Shown piece by piece: positions 62,151 through 64,000 of a DNA stretch of 64,000 nt (position 1 is its first letter; every line of letters starts with the position of its first letter). Location: positions 1-64,000 of the forward strand of contig NIVC01000017.1 in assembly GCA_002269645.1 (NCBI GenBank). The letters are read 5' to 3'. Made by a program: the position numbers and the translations under genes. Source of the DNA: Macrostomum lignano (Eukaryota). The notes beneath the pieces are model-generated. The model did no database searches. It was not told where the DNA came from and saw only the letters and a list, made by a program, of their open reading frames with translations.

Positions 62151-63498
62151 TCATATATGCAACTTAGCAATTAGACAATTAATAATGAATAGAGGTTTTG
62201 GTTAGTAGTATATCATAAAGCAATTGAACAATTTGTTTAAAGACTAGGTTCCAGTTAAAAAATTATGAAATAAAAAACAAGATTAAGAAGGATAAAACTA
62301 ATTAAAATAGATGCAAGTCACAATCAGGAGAATGGCCTTTTTTACAGAAAATTCCAGTGCAAAAGAGGGTTGGACATGCATCTCGCCAGACTAGTGCAAT
62401 ATGGCGCAAGACAAAAAATAGCACAATTTGGTGCAAAAAACTTCCAATAAGACAATATTTTCTCTGACAGAAAATTAGTATATAAAATTTCTTGTTATTA
62501 AGGCTAGTAATAATAAGGCTAGTTAGGCTAATAATAATAAGGCTAGGTCTATATATTTCACTCATTTTTTTGGTAGTAATTAGGGAGATAGATGTTGTAA
62601 TATAGAATTGTATTATATTATAGGGCCTAAGCATTCCCTTTGGCCTTAGCTTTTATTGTAGCCTGACCTAGGGGCCTATAAATATTTATCCACTATATAA
62701 AGCAAGTAACCTAACATAAAATAAGTACCTTATTGCATATTTATCCCAAATTTTTGCATAGCTAGCATTACCACTAGCAATGGTTTCTTGATAAACTGAT
62801 AGTGATAGGTTTTATAGATGTAATGATAAAGAATAAATTAGCATAAATACTAAAAAATATTTAGGTTTTTGTATTATAGGTAATTAGTTTCAAATCTATT
62901 ATTGCATCAGTATTTATGAATATGATTGATTAATAGCTATTATATTGCTAATTAATGATAGTAAAAGAGTAGATATAATAGAGTTTCAATATTGTGGCTA
63001 TCTTAGTGGATGGCCATCTTGGTCTTATACCAAAATAAGAGATTCAATAAGCCTTAGACATAGTCAGGAAGACGGCTGTAATGTGCTTGTGTGGGTGCAA
63101 TATTTTTGCAAACAAAACACTAACATATATTTTTTATTAGCATTTTTTCTTCACCAGTGTTTGTATATTGATGGCTTTTTAATTAAAATAAATTAACATT
63201 GCTATTTCTATGAAACAGATTCAAATTTAAGTTTTAATAGTATCTTTCAAATATAGACATATAAAAATTATAGAAAATATAGAATTTTCTGTTTTTATTT
63301 CTTTAAAAAAGTTCTAGCATACAATGCAAGCAGACTTATTCAATAAAAATAGTTGCAGTGCATAGCATAAGCAAAATCTTTGATCAGATTTGTTCTGGCA
63401 CATGGCACAATCAATTAAATCAAACTTTTTTGATAGGATTTGTTCCAGTGCAGGTGTGCCATGATCCTGAATATGGTCAGTAAGTTGGTCATTTTAGT

Positions 63499-63797
63499 CA
63501 TACATGCGCAACAGTCGGCCGAGTCGGCCGATCCGGCCGACCGATTTGGCGGCCAACCAAGGAAGTCGCAAAAATGCCCACCCGAAAAAATAACCAAATA
63601 GTAGTACTAAGTAGCTGACGAGGCATTTTGGATTAATAACACAGTTATAGTTACTCCTGCCGTTTACCTAAAGTTGCGTTAATTTTGCTTTAGGGTTTTT
63701 TTTACATGTAAGTCGCATTTTTGGCCAAAAACTACGTCACATTTTTGTTAAAACTAAGTCGCATGGCCGACCGAATTTTGGAGGTTGCGCATGTATG
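63499..63797. mobile_element. 299-bp hAT-type MITE with a perfect 14-bp TIR and a perfect 8-bp TSD
   Basis: TIR CATACATGCGCAAC / GTTGCGCATGTATG; TSD ATTTTAGT at 63491-63498 and 63798-63805. Confidence 0.92.
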
Positions 63798-64000
63798 ATT
63801 TTAGTGATAAAAGGCTTTTTTTAATAACTGTGTTTAGTTTTTTGTGAAGATTTACAATTTACATGTATGTTTTGTATATTTTAAAATAATGTTAGAAGAT
63901 ATATATATATACTGTGTATACAAAAGTATATTAAGGAAAGAATCAAACTATCATATTGTTTTTTGTATAAGAGGATGAGAATACATGTGTACTCAATGAG

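Overview
Metazoan genomic DNA with short GC-rich exons, GT-AG introns and about 35 micro- and minisatellite arrays. The style (almost every intron filled by its own tandem repeat, GACA arrays, TTAGGG) suggests a free-living flatworm such as Macrostomum, but that assignment is only an inference. Seven spliced genes could be assembled by hand with phase-consistent junctions: (1) the 3' ten exons of condensin SMC2 (+, with a 1-nt frameshift in the hinge); (2) a GH13 alpha-glucosidase with a signal peptide and a C-terminal REEL; (3) a 3-exon, 470-aa secreted precursor with a furin-type site whose motif pattern resembles SE-cephalotoxin/rapunzel-like proteins; (4) TTC39 (-); (5) a FoxC-like forkhead gene (-); (6) a divergent 2-exon gene with a possible IRS-type PTB domain; (7) an NFIL3/vrille-like bZIP. 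The window also holds two tRNA-derived SINE families, several MITEs (two with 8-bp TSDs), a non-LTR retrotransposon 3' fragment and a dispersed 42-bp repeat family present as five arrays. Most long ORFs in the supplied track are translations of repeats, not genes. All family assignments come from recalled sequence motifs, not database searches.
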